Source of the DNA: Octopus vulgaris
Lineage: Eukaryota
Direction of reading: 5' to 3'
NCBI GenBank assembly: GCA_951406725.2
Contig: OX597823.1
Span: 37,138,001 to 37,202,000 of the forward strand
Length of the DNA stretch: 64,000 nucleotides
Of this stretch, positions 26,050-40,359 are shown piece by piece (the stretch's first letter is position 1; the number at the start of each line of letters is the position of its first letter). The notes beneath the pieces were generated by a model. It ran no database searches, had not been told where the DNA came from, and saw nothing but the letters and a program-made list of their open reading frames with translations. The translations under genes and the position numbers were made by a program.

Positions 26050-26569
26050 CCGTAAATCCTCGAGTATAATCCGCATTTTTCCCCAAAATTTAAAGGTCAA
26101 AATCCCTAGTGCGTATTATACACGAGGTTAAAAATGAAAATTATTTTGTAAGCAATGTTCAAGTCTCTATTTGCTGTCCGGCAATGTTTATTCAGACGTA
26201 TTTTGTGATGTCGGGCGCGAAAATACCTTAAACTAAGCCTGAAAGCAATGAAGTCATAAAAGAATCATCCGTAATTTGCAGTAAGCAACATTTATTAAAC
26301 GCTATTGCTGTTATTACTGTTATTTCTTTATCTTCTGCAAACAAAATGCACAAAAAAGCTACACGTTTGCATTATGTTATGTATACAATAATAATAAAGG
26401 ACGTTAACGTATTCATTTTTACAAACCAAGGACGTTATAAAGAACTCCTTGACTGAAGTTAGAGAAGGGGTGCGTATTATACACAAGGTTTAGGTTTTTC
26501 AGAAGTACAGCTCCCTAAAAATACCCTGCGTATTATACTCAAGGGCGGACTATACTCGAGGATTTACGG
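26050..26569. mobile_element. MITE, second copy of the 3535 family
   Basis: TA|CCGTAAATCCTCGAGTATA...TATACTCGAGGATTTACGG|TA. Confidence 0.9.
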
Positions 26570-26671
26570 TACTTATATTCTATGAATGGATATGTGTACG
26601 TAAACTAGAATTTATTCTGTATGTATGTATTGTGTGTTTGTGTGCGGGGGGGGGGTTGGATGGCCCTCCTC

Positions 26672-27412
26672 TCTTTCACTGTAATCACCATCCGGAACTT
26701 TGCTCACAATAGACCGTGGTCTGTCCAGCATTCCGATCCACGAAAGAACTTGGAATTGCAAATGTCATAGATGTCACGCTTGCGAATGATATCATAATCC
26801 AGCATGTGGCAACTTTAGACCTTGGATGCATCCACGTTTTTGTGTGATCGCTTTTGTGCATAAGATGAGTGCTTGCAATGTAAAGTCCATGTTCATCGCA
26901 CAGCTCCAGCAGCATGAGACCATTGTTATTCATTTTCCCTATAGCAAAACGTCCTAGAGAGTTCCATGTTTGCCTGTCTGTTCCAACCCTGGCATAGAAT
27001 GGCTTTGTCAGAATTGGGGATTTCCCTAAGTATGGGTCTCAGCTGGGTATAAAAAATAGTTTTATCTTCATCACAACTATACAAAGAAGGCACTCATTAG
27101 AGTAGCAAACCGGCCACCTTTCAGGTGGAGTCGTAGTCATTAGACGTTCATTTATAGGAACAGGAAGCTCCTCCAACTTCTTAAGGATATCATATCGAAC
27201 TACAAAGACAACACCAGCCTCTCTGCGCTCCTCCTTCTGCCTGCCCTGTGATGAAGGTGATGGTCAGCATGAGAAACCTGACCATCACCTTCTATACGAG
27301 TCTCTGAAAGAGCGGCTATATCAATGTTATAGCGGTTCAGCTCGCGGTCAACAAGTGTAGTGCGTCTTTGAGTCCTACAATCACTCTTGTTATCCAACAG
27401 AATGCGCACATA
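26672..27412 (-). mobile_element. RTE LINE APE-endonuclease fragment
   Basis: RRTTLVDRELNRYNIDIAALSETRIEGDGQ; NNNGLMLLELCDEHGL; TWMHPRSK. Confidence 0.85.
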
Positions 27413-27479
27413 TGTTTAGTTGAGTTGTGAAAACAGCAACAACAACAACTCAAAGAACAACAAGAACAACAACAAATGT

Positions 27480-28140
27480 TACAGAAATAAACATCCACAT
27501 TTTCTGCTACAACAATACTTGCTGCCTTGATCAAATTATTTGTTTTCTGTGATGTTTTTTGTTCTGATGTATTTCAGAATTTCATTCACATTTTTCGTTT
27601 CTTAGTTCAGTTTCCACCGATCAACATTTTTAAGGTTGCAAATAATGTTGCTATCGTTCTCCTGTAGTCTTGCTTTAATTCTGTCGTAGATTGCCTTTTG
27701 CTCATCTGCCATGTCACCATTAGTTTTATTGTCTTCTTCCAAACCATCTATGTCTCTCATCGAGCAAGCTATCACTTTTCCTTTCCTGTGGCTTATTAGA
27801 AATTTCACCTCTATTTTCTGCTATGAGATTACTTTTATCAGTAGGAACTGTACTTTCATCTTGTCCTCTGCTGCTGTTTTCTAATGCTCGTCTTTTGATA
27901 GCTTTGAGCTCTACTTCTGTTAGCCAACGATTTTTTCTTGTTGCTCTAGCTTGATCACCTAATCACTGTTCCGTAAGTTGAAACAATCCTCTTTCTCTCC
28001 ATTGATCATACATACGTTGTCAGTATCCCCTAAGATGAACACCATTTTCGTCTACGGGAATGCTCAGGTAGTAACACTCCATGACCACAGCATTGATTTA
28101 TCTGTTCCATCTGTGCTGTGTGTGCTGGTTCCTTGCTGGA
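27480..28140 (-). mobile_element. Dong/R4-type LINE N-terminal fragment
   Basis: NLKNVDRWKLN*ETKNVNEILKYIRTKNITE parallels the N-terminal region of the element at 29806 and 33134. Confidence 0.6.
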
Positions 28141-28836
28141 TAATGCCAGGCTGGAGTTGAAACCAATATCTCTGAGCCTGCCAGGTGTAACGATCAAGGA
28201 CTTCAGTTTCATTACCACCGTTATTCACAATATTTTGTTTTTTCATTGTCACTCATATGAGGTAGCGATTATCAGGTTGCGCAATTACCAGTGTTTTGAT
28301 TGACACCATCATCAGATGTATCATCAAATAGAGCATAGGGAGATTCCAACCGCTTCCTTTCATTATTATTATGATCATCACTGATATTATTTTAATTTTT
28401 TCCTGCTATTTGTCATTGTTAATATTTCCTCTGATCTGACATGAGTTTTGGCTTAATTATTATTATCATTATTACCACCATTACCATTATTACCATCATT
28501 ATTATTATTTCCATTTATTATTAAAAGGTATTATTGAATGTTGTTTAGTTTCAACTTTTGTCTTGTACTTGAGATGATCATAAATATGTGAATGTTTAAG
28601 TGAATAGTTGGAGCAAAATAGACAGCTTGGTGAAAATATTAAATTCCACAGGTCTATAAATAGATTCGGCAGATGGTGAAGAGATCAGCAATGGGCATTC
28701 CTGTGCGATAAATAGACAAAAGTGGCCGGCAGAGGTCAAATCTGTTTACTACTACTAGCGATGAATGAGAGCGCTGACTTTGGCTTTGAAGAGAATGAAG
28801 TCATCTTAATCTATTTTTAATTACTGATAGAAAAAA

Positions 28837-28907
<71 letters not shown>

Positions 28908-29100
28908 AGATATAGATATACCTATAGATATAGATATAGCTATAGATATAGATCGCTAACCACTAAACCATTTCATATTTTCTCTCCCTGTTTATTTCTG
29001 TGTTCCTTTCTGTCGAAGAGCGTAAAAGACTTTATCATTTCCTGAGCATTAAACTGATATATCTATTTCTTGTTTTTTGTCTTTTTTGTAAATTCTCACT

Positions 29101-29164
<64 letters not shown>

Positions 29165-29619
29165 TGATGTTCATCTCGTTAAATTTTTTTCCGTTGAAAC
29201 TTTTCTTTTCTTCCTATGAATTTTGCTGTGGCTTACAATTTTTGTAATTGTGCAGTTTGTATATATTGGCAGATGCTTACCTCCTTAAATTAGAAAATTT
29301 AGAAAGTTTATATCTACAATTTTGTGTGAAAATTTTATCTTTCTCTTTTCCCTGACTACCCGAATATGTAACCATGCCTTTCATTGTAGCAACATGTTTT
29401 ATTTTTCAGGCACGTTTAACGTTTTCTCTACAAACTACAAACAAGCCCCACCCCCATTCTTTCTTTTTTCCATACAAAAACTAATACAAATTTCGAACGA
29501 GGTATAGCTATGAAAAGAGCCCAGAAAAAATTGGGTAATGCACACTACAAAATGGTGGAGGGGATTGAGAAATGTTGCCAACAGGTGGCTACACGAAATG
29601 CAACTCTATACTTTAAAGA

Positions 29620-29705
29620 GTGTCTTCTAGTACAGCCTCGGACTGACCAAAGCCTTGTGAGTGATTTTGGTAGACGGAAGCTGAAAGAAGCTCGTCATAT
29701 ATATA
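29620..29705 (+). mobile_element. SINE family B central fragment (5' side of a split copy)
   Basis: GTGTCTTCTAGTACAGCCTCGGACTGACCAAAGCCTTGTGAGTG...GAAAGAAGCTCGTC. Confidence 0.8.
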
Positions 29706-29805
29706 TAGTGAAAGAGATATCCAATATTTGCTGTAGTTATTTGTCTTTGATTTCACAATGTGTGTATATATCTATGTATCAACTTTTCTTTCGATCTATG
29801 TATCT

Positions 29806-32500
29806 ACTAGGAAAGTAGACTCTGTTATCAGTGGAATAGATACTAAAAATATAGGAGACACTAACTTATTGATCTATGCTGGAGGGGTAGTAGTCACCAG
29901 AAGATTAGATATCCAACAGGAAAAGATTAAAAACGAGCAAATGTGGAAAAAGAGACTACAAAATAAAATGAAGATTTTAAGACAAGATCGGAGTAGAATA
30001 GTAGCCTGAAAACTTAACAAGTTAGGAAACACAAGATGCAAATCTTCCTTTGAGAAAAATACTAAGTCAAAGAGAAAGGATTTGGTACAGTAATTGAAGA
30101 GTTGAAACTATAGCAGTAGCAGGTAACCTCTCCAGATATCATATAAGAATTGATCACTTTCAACGGAATAGCTTATTTGAGACAGACCAGAAGAGATTCT
30201 ATAAGTACAAAAATAGTGGAGAAAGAAGTACTGAAAATGAGAAACCTAATGCAGAAGAAGCTAGAAAGTTCTGGAGTCAATCACAATGGAGATACAAAAT
30301 GGTTAAAGAAAGTGAGGCAAGAAGTAGTGAGTGAGAAGTAGCCAGATCTATGATGAACTAGTACATTAATGAGTAAAGTGTTAGGGAAAATGTTGAATAG
30401 GAAGGGCCTATTACCAGATTTAGTTCAAGAGTACTGACTAAAGAAATTTTGTAGTTTACATGAGAGGCTGAGGGAACAACTTCAAGATTGCCTTAACGGG
30501 GGAATAATACCAGACTGGATGACTAGAGGGAGAACAATACTCATTATGAACGATAAGAGCAAGGGTAACATAGCTAGCAACTATCGAGCAATCACTTGCT
30601 TACCATTAGTGTGGAAGCTGTTAACAGGAATGCTTTCAGGAAGCATTCACGAGCACCTTGACAACCAGAATTTACTGCCAGATGAAAAGAAAGGTTGCAG
30701 GAAGAAGGCTAGAAGAACGCATGATCTATTATACTTAGTCAAAGCAGTTCTAACTGAAGTAAAAACAAGAATGAAAAATCTAACAATAGCATAAATAGAT
30801 TATAGGAAAGCGTATGACATGTTCCCACACTCATGGTTAAGTGAATATTTCAGTATATTCAGTATAGCAGACAACATAAGAGAATTATTTAGCTTTAGAT
30901 CTATACTTAAGTGACACAATCTTAGGGAATGATAATATCAAAAGTGGAATTTTTCCGTGAGGCTCGTTGTCCCACTTAATATTTGTCTTATGTTTGATCC
31001 CTCTCAGTTTAGTATTAAGGAAGGCAAAGGCAGGGTATCAGTTCAGAAATAGTAAAGGAAAAACATTAACCAATTAACATGAATGACCTGAAGCTTTTTA
31101 GTATGAATGAAAAAGTGATAGATCCTTTAATACAGACTGTAAAACTCTTCACCAAAGATACAGATTTGCAATTTGGCATAGATAAGCATCAAATACTAAT
31201 CGTGAGAAGGAGATGGCCAGACATTAAAATCATTGAAAGGAGGAGAGAGTTATAAACAGATGGGAGTATTAGAATCTGACAAAGTACTAACTATAGAAAT
31301 GAAAAAGCAAATTCAGAAGGAGTACATCAGAAGGGTGAGAAAGTTAACTAAGCCAAAGCTGAATGGCCCGGATCTAGTGAAGGCTGTAAATACTTGAACA
31401 GTATCATTACTTAGATACTCGGCAGATTTTGTTAATTGGACAAAAATTGAATTAGCAGTTAAAAACTGGATTAGCTAGACAGAAGAACAAGGAAGAAATT
31501 CAGTCTGAATGGAGGACTCCTCCCAAGATCAGGAGAAGCAAGATTATACTTACTTAGAAAGGAAGGCAGAAGAGGGTTGATATCAGTAGAAGACTGCGTG
31601 AAGTTAGCTAGAGTAGATGTAAACTCGTATGTAGGTAATAGTGAAGAAAGTCTATTAAAAACTGCGAGAGTCACAGAAAGATATAGGGAAACCAAAAACC
31701 CAAACGAGGTTAAAAACTAGAAAATAGAACAGAAATTATCTAACTGGCAGGAGAAGGCGTTGCATGGTAGGTTACCAAAAATAGCTGCAGCAAATAGTAG
31801 TAGTGAGACATGGTTGTGATTGCAGACAGGAAAGCTGAAAAGGGAGAGTAGCACAAGACCAAGTATTAAAGACTAATTAGATTGACACCAAGATAGACAA
31901 AACACCAAGTAAATTCCCAATGTATGTTATGCAAATCAGAAGAGGAAAGCGTAATTGAATGTAGCATGCTGGCGCAGAAAGTATACAAGAAAATACATGA
32001 CAAGTGAGAAGAGTAATCCTAGAAAGCTAAGGTTTGACCATACTGATAAATGGTATGAACATAAGCCTAGCAATGTACTAGAAAGTACGAAATACAAGAT
32101 GTTGTGGGACTTTAGCATTCTGCCTGACAGAGTAATAGAAGCTAGAAAGCCTGATTTAGTAGTAGTAGATAAAGACAATAAGAAAAGCCAGATAATTGAC
32201 TTTACAGTCCCAAATGACGAAAAAGCCAATATGAGAGGTGTAGAAAAAATAGTAAAGTATCAGGGCCTTGTCATTGAATTACAGAGACTATGGAAAGTGT
32301 GGTTAAAATTAATTCCAGTAATTATAGGTGAATTGGGAACTATCCCCAAAGATTTGAACAGATAGATAGGGAAATAGGCATAAAACTCAGTTTAGTATAG
32401 CTCCAGAAAACAGTGTTGTTAGGGACAGCTAGGATATTTAGGAGGGTTCATGGCATCTAAGGATCTTAGGATTATTTCTTTCCCAACAGTTTAATCTGTT
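29806..32500 (+). mobile_element. Dong/R4-type LINE, long decayed copy (RT + RLE)
   Basis: NYRAITCLPLVWKLLTGML, DYRKAYDM, RLYLLRKEGRRGLISVEDCV, KMLWDFSI.PDRVIEARKPDLVV, IPVIIGELG; (AAT)-rich tail after 32510. Confidence 0.9.
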
Positions 32501-32807
32501 GTGTGTGTATATAATGATAATAATAATAACAACAGCAACAATAATAATAATACTAAGCTGGACCAGTGAAAAATTCACGAAAATAATAAAAAATGTAAAC
32601 ATCTGTAAATTGTGTGCTAGTGCCATGAGAAATGTTTCTATATTGTGACAGTTACAGAATATAGAAGGAAGTGTAAAACCGATAACTGTATAATCCAACC
32701 AAAATACCTCAGTTACACAAACGTAAACAGAATTACTATTTAACCTTAAAACACATCGTACATATTTAAAGAGCCCTGGTTTAGTGGTACGGAACGTTCT
32801 TCTGGTA

Positions 32808-33045
32808 TTCTTTTATTCTTTTACTTGTTTCAGTCATTTGACGGTGGCCATGCTGGAGCACCACTCTTTAGTCGAAGAAATCGACTATTGGACATATTCC
32901 TTGTAAGCCTGGTGCTTATTATATCAGCGTCTTCTACCGATCAGCTAAGTTACGGGGACGCAAACACACCAACATCGTTTGTCAAGCAATGGTGTCGGGG
33001 TGACAAACACAGACACAAACACACACGCATATATATATATATATG
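32808..33045 (-). mobile_element. SINE family B, 3' half (inverted partner of the 29620 fragment)
   Basis: Reverse complement of the family B 3' half, ending at the internal (TA)/(TG) tract. Confidence 0.85.
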
Positions 33046-33133
33046 CGTGTGAGAGAGACAGTAGATACATAGACCGAAAGAAAAGTTGATACATAGATAT
33101 ATACACACATTGTGAAATCAAAGACAACTATCT

Positions 33134-33240
33134 AGCAGCTTCTTTCTGTTGCTGTCTTTTAATGTTGGCGATCTTTTTCTTACATCTGTTGTCATGACTT
33201 CCTGCAACTCATCTAAAATCTGATTTTCTTTACTTTAATC
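33134..33240 (-). mobile_element. Dong/R4 LINE N-terminal piece continuing into 29806
   Basis: Minus strand reads ENQILDELQEVMTTDVRKRSPTLKDSNRKKLL, which joins TRKVDSVISGIDTKNI at 29806 on the plus strand. Confidence 0.7.
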
Positions 33241-33265
33241 ACTTTAATCGCTGGTGCCACTTGTC

Positions 33266-33493
33266 TCACAACCATATGTGCATGACATGGTGATGCCATA
33301 TCAAGATAAACAGCACATGACCTTGCAGGTGGGGCCCAGTCAGAATTTTCTTAAGTTTGAGCAGCCCATCCCACTCAAAAGGTCCCTGAATGAGGTTTGT
33401 TTTAAGGATAAGGAATAAAACACCCATGTTTCCAGAGGCGAATTCTTCAAACCCCAAAGAATTCCTTTCAACACATGGCTATAATGCTCCCCC

Positions 33494-33495
<2 letters not shown>
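33266..33495 (-). mobile_element. Family X repeat, internal part
   Basis: TCACAACCATATGTGC...ACCCATGTTTC...CAAACCCCAAA matches 11819-12020. Confidence 0.75.
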
Positions 33496-33901
<406 letters not shown>

Positions 33902-34212
33902 GGCGGCTAGCTGATGGAAGTGTTAGCACTCCGGGCAAAACACTTAGTGGCATTTCAGCCGTCCTTCCGTTCTCAGTATAAATTTCTCTGAGGTTGACTT
34001 CGCCTTACATTCTTTCGGAGTTGATAAAATAAGTACCAGTTGTGTACTGGCATCGATGCAATCGACTCAACTCCTCCCCCAAATTTCAGGCCTTGTGCTT
34101 ATAGCTGAAAGGACTTTGCCTTTCATCCTTTCAGAGTTGATAAAATAAGTACCAGTTGAGCACTGGGGTCGATGTTAACGACTTACCCCCTCCCCCATAT
34201 TTGTTGGCCTTA
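33902..34212 (+). mobile_element. SINE family A with duplicated 3' half
   Basis: Full copy to ~34112, then GACTTTGCCTTTCATCCTTTC...CCCCTCCCC repeats. Confidence 0.8.
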
Positions 34213-34447
34213 TCCTCCCCGCCACTTTTTTCGTTTAACCTTTGTATGCTATGCATATGTCCCTTCTTTTTCAGTGTACACCGTGTATACTTACTTTCTT
34301 CATTCTTTCCTTTTTCTTTATTTTTATTTTTTTATCATTACAATATATGTAAACCCCAACATTTTATGTCTGTCTTTGTATTGTACCCCTCATCCTTCGC
34401 CCTTGTAATGAATTAATAAAATCATTATTGTTGTTGTTATATTATTA

Positions 34448-34526
<79 letters not shown>

Positions 34527-34986
34527 CATTATTATTATTATTATTATTATTATTTCTATTTTTTATTTTCCTTACTAGTATTATTATTGTTATTATCATT
34601 ATTATTATTGTTATTATTATTTGACGTATTATAATCAGTTAGTTGCTAGGCGTTAACTATGTAACCGAATACTCATCACTTAATGTAAATTCTAAAATCC
34701 TTCTTCTAATAGCTGAAATATTTGTTCCAATAGACTGCTAGTTTTTGGCTATTAACCATCTTCATTGCAGATAAACAATGGCATTTAAACAAATGAATCA
34801 ATTCTCAAAACATGTAATTGTTTATTTTCTATATTTGTTTTTCTTTTTCAACATTTGTTCATCAGCAATAATAAGGTTCATATCACAAATGGTGTAAATA
34901 TATGTGAGTCATCATATAATTGGTTCGCATCCTTCTATTTATATATATATGTATGTGTACATATGTATGTATATATACATACATGT

Positions 34987-35063
<77 letters not shown>

Positions 35064-35092
35064 CATATGTATATATGTATGTATATGCACAT

Positions 35093-35150
<58 letters not shown>

Positions 35151-35628
35151 GCCGGCACATATGTATGTATGTAGTGCCAAAACAATTGGTAAGATCGGCC
35201 GTAATGGATAAATACTGTACACGAAACAGGATATATATATATATATATATATATATAGCTAATGAATACATGCGTTATACGTGAGCCAAGTTTCACGCTC
35301 GGATAGTCAGTAATCGATATCAGATGACATGACTACGGCTCCGAAAATATGGGGAGAAAATGAGAAAAAAATTTCGAGAGGAAAATACTAGAAGACACCT
35401 TTAAGAAACATGTTAAGGGGAAATGTATATAAAAGATATGTCTCTTTAACACGTTAAATGAAGAATATTATATATTTGGATGCTTACATCTAAGAAACTC
35501 ATGACTGGTACAGGTAGGCGAATGGGGAAAAGGCTGAGGTGTGTTAAAACGTTTGTTTAATCTGGTGAAGCGTGTCATCCATTTCGATAACAAAGATTTG
35601 TCAAAATGCATACATCTTGCACACACAC

Positions 35629-35711
<83 letters not shown>

Positions 35712-35712
<1 letters not shown>

Positions 35713-37450
35713 TGGTTGTCTACTCCTTATGCAGAGTTTGACCACCTCCTGTACCTACACCTTAGCACCATCATGGCATTTGATGTGACTTTTTAAACCA
35801 GACAATGTTCTGAAAAGACACCCACATAGATTGCACCTCCGATTTGGACCACCAAACTGCAGATAAGCTCTGCTTTTTGTGGATCTTAAAATGTCTTTTG
35901 GGGCCTCCGTTGGATTTGCAAATCTTCTGGTATACACTGTTGGTGGAGGTTCATTTTCCATGCGTTCGCTTATGAGATTTGAGGCCAGCAAAAGACAAGC
36001 ATGGTCTGTACCAGACTGTGCACACAAAAGGGTCATTGTAATTCACCTTCTCGATCGTTACATTCTTCTTTAGATCTCTTTTGAGTCTTACTTGTGTTAT
36101 CCTGGCCTCTTCAAATGCTTTCTCTCCACTCCACACCTTTGTTCGCCATCCAGCTCTATCCGAAGCAAGGGTTTCTATATTCGGAATCATTCCAAGTGAC
36201 TTCATAGTAGTCCATATGCCGTCCTTAAACTTCTTTTTAGGTTTACACCGATAGTGTTTCCCTTCTGCAAGCTCGCCATAAAACAGCTGTTTTGGCATGC
36301 GTTCATCTGCCATTCGAACAATATGGCTACACCATCTCAATTGGTTCCTCAAAATCATAGCTTTAATTGAGGTGATACCTGAAGATGCAAGGGCATCTGT
36401 GTTTGGAGTAAAAGAACTCCATTTAATTTTTTAAATGCGCTGAAGGCATTTTTTGTGGAATTCTAACAATTTAAAATGCCTTTCATAACAAGTCCAAGTT
36501 TGACAGGAATACAACAGGGGTGGTAAGAGAAATGATTCGTAAAGAGCCAGCTTTGTATTCTTATTTATATGTTGTTGGTACCAAAGGCGTGACTCCAAGC
36601 CACCAAATGCTTTTACTGCCTTTTGAATTCACAGCTGTAATTCTGTATCAAGATTTCCATCATTTTGAAAAGAGCTTCGAAGGTAGACAAACGAATCCAC
36701 AACCTCAAGTATCTTACCCTTAACAAAAATTTTAGTGGCTTACAAACAGCACCACAGGTTGATGCATTACAACTGTTTTTTTTTTCAAGTTTTAGTCAAG
36801 CCAAAATCATCACAAGCCGAGTCAAATGCAGATACAAGAGATTGAAGACCTGTTTCAGAATGACTGACAAGATCGCAATAATCAGCGTACAAAAGTTCCC
36901 TAATAAGTGAAGTAAAAACCTTTGTTCTGAATTTCAGTCTGGTCACATAAAAAACATTCCCTGTTGTTCGATATTTTATGTAAATAACCTCCTCAGAGGT
37001 TTGAAAAGCACGTGGCAACCCAACAGCAGAGTATATTGCAAAGAGGGTGGGTGCATTAAGGTCTTGCTTTACTCCATTTTCCACAGCAATACAGAGATCC
37101 TACCACCAAAATTAATTCTAGCTTTCATATATTGATGCAAAGCCCTGATCATGTTTACGAAGTTTTCTGGTAAACCTATTTTCCTTAGAAGTAGCCACAG
37201 AGCATTTCGATTAACAGTATCAAATGCTTTGCTCAAATCAACAAAGCAATGATATAGAGCAAGATTCTGTTCAATGTACTTTTCTTGTAATTGTCTGACA
37301 ATAAAGATACAATCAGCTGTGCCCCTAGAGGAACAAAAACCACACTGAGACTCAGACACTATATTTGGAACTATAAAGGTATTTAAACGTTCTAACAAAA
37401 TGCGAGAAAGTACCTTTCCAACTCCTGAAAAAAAAAACCTACCAGCAATT
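35712..37450 (-). mobile_element. RTE LINE RT remnant with 3' end
   Basis: ESQCGF..RGTADCIF.VRQLQEK, FVDLSKAFDTVNR, ELLYADYC, QLRW..HIVRM.DERMPKQLFYGEL, C-terminal CxxC...H motifs. Confidence 0.9.
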
Positions 37451-37727
37451 ACGTCTAGTATTTCCAACGTCACTTGGTTGCAAATGAATATGTTCTCAAT
37501 GGTTCGTAAGTACCAAAGTACTAACCGCGTTGAAGTTTGTTGGGAATTAGTAAATCTAATAGAAGTTGTTTGTTTACAGTCGAGAATCTTTGGTCTGAGA
37601 ATGTTCCGCAGGGCTGGATTGCTTCTTCAAAACCAAAATACGTCTTTGTCAAGGACATTTCTTTTATGGCACCTTTACTATTTATGATGGATGTCTCACA
37701 CCACCTTATGACATATATGTAGACAAG

Positions 37728-37870
37728 GCTGACTACACCATTTTGTAACACCTACATAGACCAGGTGAATTGCGCCACTCTGTGACACCTACATAGAACT
37801 TGATGGACTACACCACCCCATGGCACCTACATAGACATGATGGATTACTCCACCCAGTGGCGCCAACATA
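37728..37870. repeat. Degenerate ~38-bp minisatellite (about 4 units)
   Basis: CACCTACATAGA recurs at ~38-bp spacing with GACTACACCA-like linkers. Confidence 0.6.
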
Positions 37871-38650
37871 ATATGAACTGCACCAGTTTGTGTCATTTAC
37901 TTAGGTCAAGCTAGAATATACCTCCCTAAGATGCTTATAGAATCCAAGCTAATTAAGGATAGTTTACGTGATCACTTGCGTTGTTAACGATGGGCACGAC
38001 TAGAATGTGTTTGATCATATGTTTTCTTGATCAGTGTTGATCTAGGACTAAACAACAGCAGCAATAACCTTCTAAACGATGACTACCATACCATTTTCTA
38101 ACACCTATTTAAAATTAAGGCCCTACACCAACCTCTTGGTGTAGGGCCTTAATTGATCTCGTGGAGTTTGACAGGTAGAGGCCTCAGTTTTTCAACTTTA
38201 TACAAATACAATCTAGTTGTGATGTCGAGATGCAGACTGCTAAATTTTTGACGAGTTGTGTAATAACGTCTATTGTTTTAGTTATTGTTGTGGTACCTTT
38301 AACCTGCAGTTCAAGTTGAGGAATTGGCAAATGACCCGGAGTTTCTTCATAATATCCATCTCAAGATCCGATGTTACACCAAACAAATATTTTGCAAAGC
38401 TTCCAAACTACTTCAAACTCTTAACATTTTTAACCTTAGTAATTTTTTTTAATAATATTTAATTAAATTCAGACTCGGCAACGAGTCAAAAAGTATCTTA
38501 CAGACCATACTCATTACTATACCCAAGAGGTAACGTATGAGTGTGTGAGTGGATGTGTGTGCGTGTGTATGTATGTGTGTGTGAGAATATATATATATAT
38601 ATATATACTCACAAAATCACACACACATACATACACACACATCCACTTAT

Positions 38651-38683
<33 letters not shown>

Positions 38684-39332
38684 CATAATATATACACATA
38701 TATACCTATATACATACATATACACACCTATATATATTTCTTTACTACCCACAAGGGGCTAAACATAGAGGGGACAAACAAGGACACCTATATATGTACA
38801 CACATACACACTCATATATATATATATAGTGACATATACATACATAGATAAAAACACACATATATTGTATACAATACAATATCGATCGGAAGAGCAGAAA
38901 TAAACTTAAATATTACATTAAGTATTAGAAAGCCATTGGAGTGAGAAAGAAGTTTGTAAAAATATTAACACATTATTTCATTGCTTCTATATAGGTTGAA
39001 AATATGTGGAAAACATATATAAAAGGTGGAAGAGAAATGCCTTCGTTTCACATAGTTTAATATATTTTTATAAAGAATTCTTTTATATAGATGCTTATTT
39101 CATGGATGTCATGATACCCAACAGGTTTTTGCGATTCAAATTAGCTTTTCAAGGGACATTGTGAAGTAATCATTTCTTGTGACAAAGGAGTCTAGCCATT
39201 TTGGATATTTGAAAAATAAAAATGAGTCTAGAGAGTGTACAAAGGGAGAGAACAGGTAGCAAGGCGTCAACTAACTCCTCAGTATAATTGTTGAAATAGA
39301 AATGTGTAAGAATAGATAGTCAAGTTTATATA

Positions 39333-39638
39333 TTAAGGTGTGGTCTGTACTTTTGTATGAACATATTTTCCCTGTTTAGGCGTTCTTGTAATGAGATTGA
39401 ATCTTTGCATTGGTATAATGGAAAAATATGGAAATTCGGTGTTGTATTTCTGTGCGCATCTGTTGATATGTTCGCTCAGGGCTATCTGAGGAAAAAGGAA
39501 TTTTTCTTTATGCAGCGTAACTCTGCATCTCAAAGCAAGGCTCCTTTGGCCCACATAATCGTGGCCACAACCTGAGCAGGTTAGGATATAGATACGGTTC
39601 TGTGAAGCACATGTGAAGTTTTTATATATGTTTTCCAC
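39333..39638 (-). mobile_element. Penelope-like GIY-YIG endonuclease fragment
   Basis: [24 protein letters not shown]...LRCRVTLH...LSEHINRC. Confidence 0.85.
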
Positions 39639-39957
39639 ATATTTTTACCTCATAAATTTGCCACTTGTATACTGATTCCCCAGTATTTTTGCTCCTTTTA
39701 TATTTCATCTATATACATAAATATATATACATATATATATACTTATATATATATATATATACATGCACATATATATATATACACATATATATACCTTTTA
39801 TATATATACACACACATATATATATACATATATACATATGTACATATACATATATACATATATATATACATATATATATACATATATGTATATACACATA
39901 TATACATATATATACATATATATATATATGTACATATACATACATATATACATACAC

Positions 39958-39998
<41 letters not shown>

Positions 39999-40359
39999 CA
40001 TAGATCCACATATATATATGCATATATACACACATATATATACATACATACCTATATATATACAGGTAAACTATTATCCAAGAATATTCAGAAACACCAC
40101 CGATGAAATTTATTTGTATTTGTTTATAACATTTATAACATTATTTTACAGTTTACTACATACTTTATTACTAAGAACATTGACATCGATATCTATTAAC
40201 ATACTTTATACATTATACGCTATGTTTTCATTAATGTAATTTATGTATTTTACATGTACTTCGTTCTTTGTTGCTGCCTTACATGTCTAGGTACCTGTTA
40301 TGTCTTACTCGACACTGTTATATCCTGTATTATAACGGCGTACTTGGCCGTCGGTCCGA

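Noticed and set aside
37728-37870. CRISPR-like repeat-spacer pattern
   Set aside because: The spacers are homologous to each other, the context is eukaryotic and there are no cas genes; it is a minisatellite.
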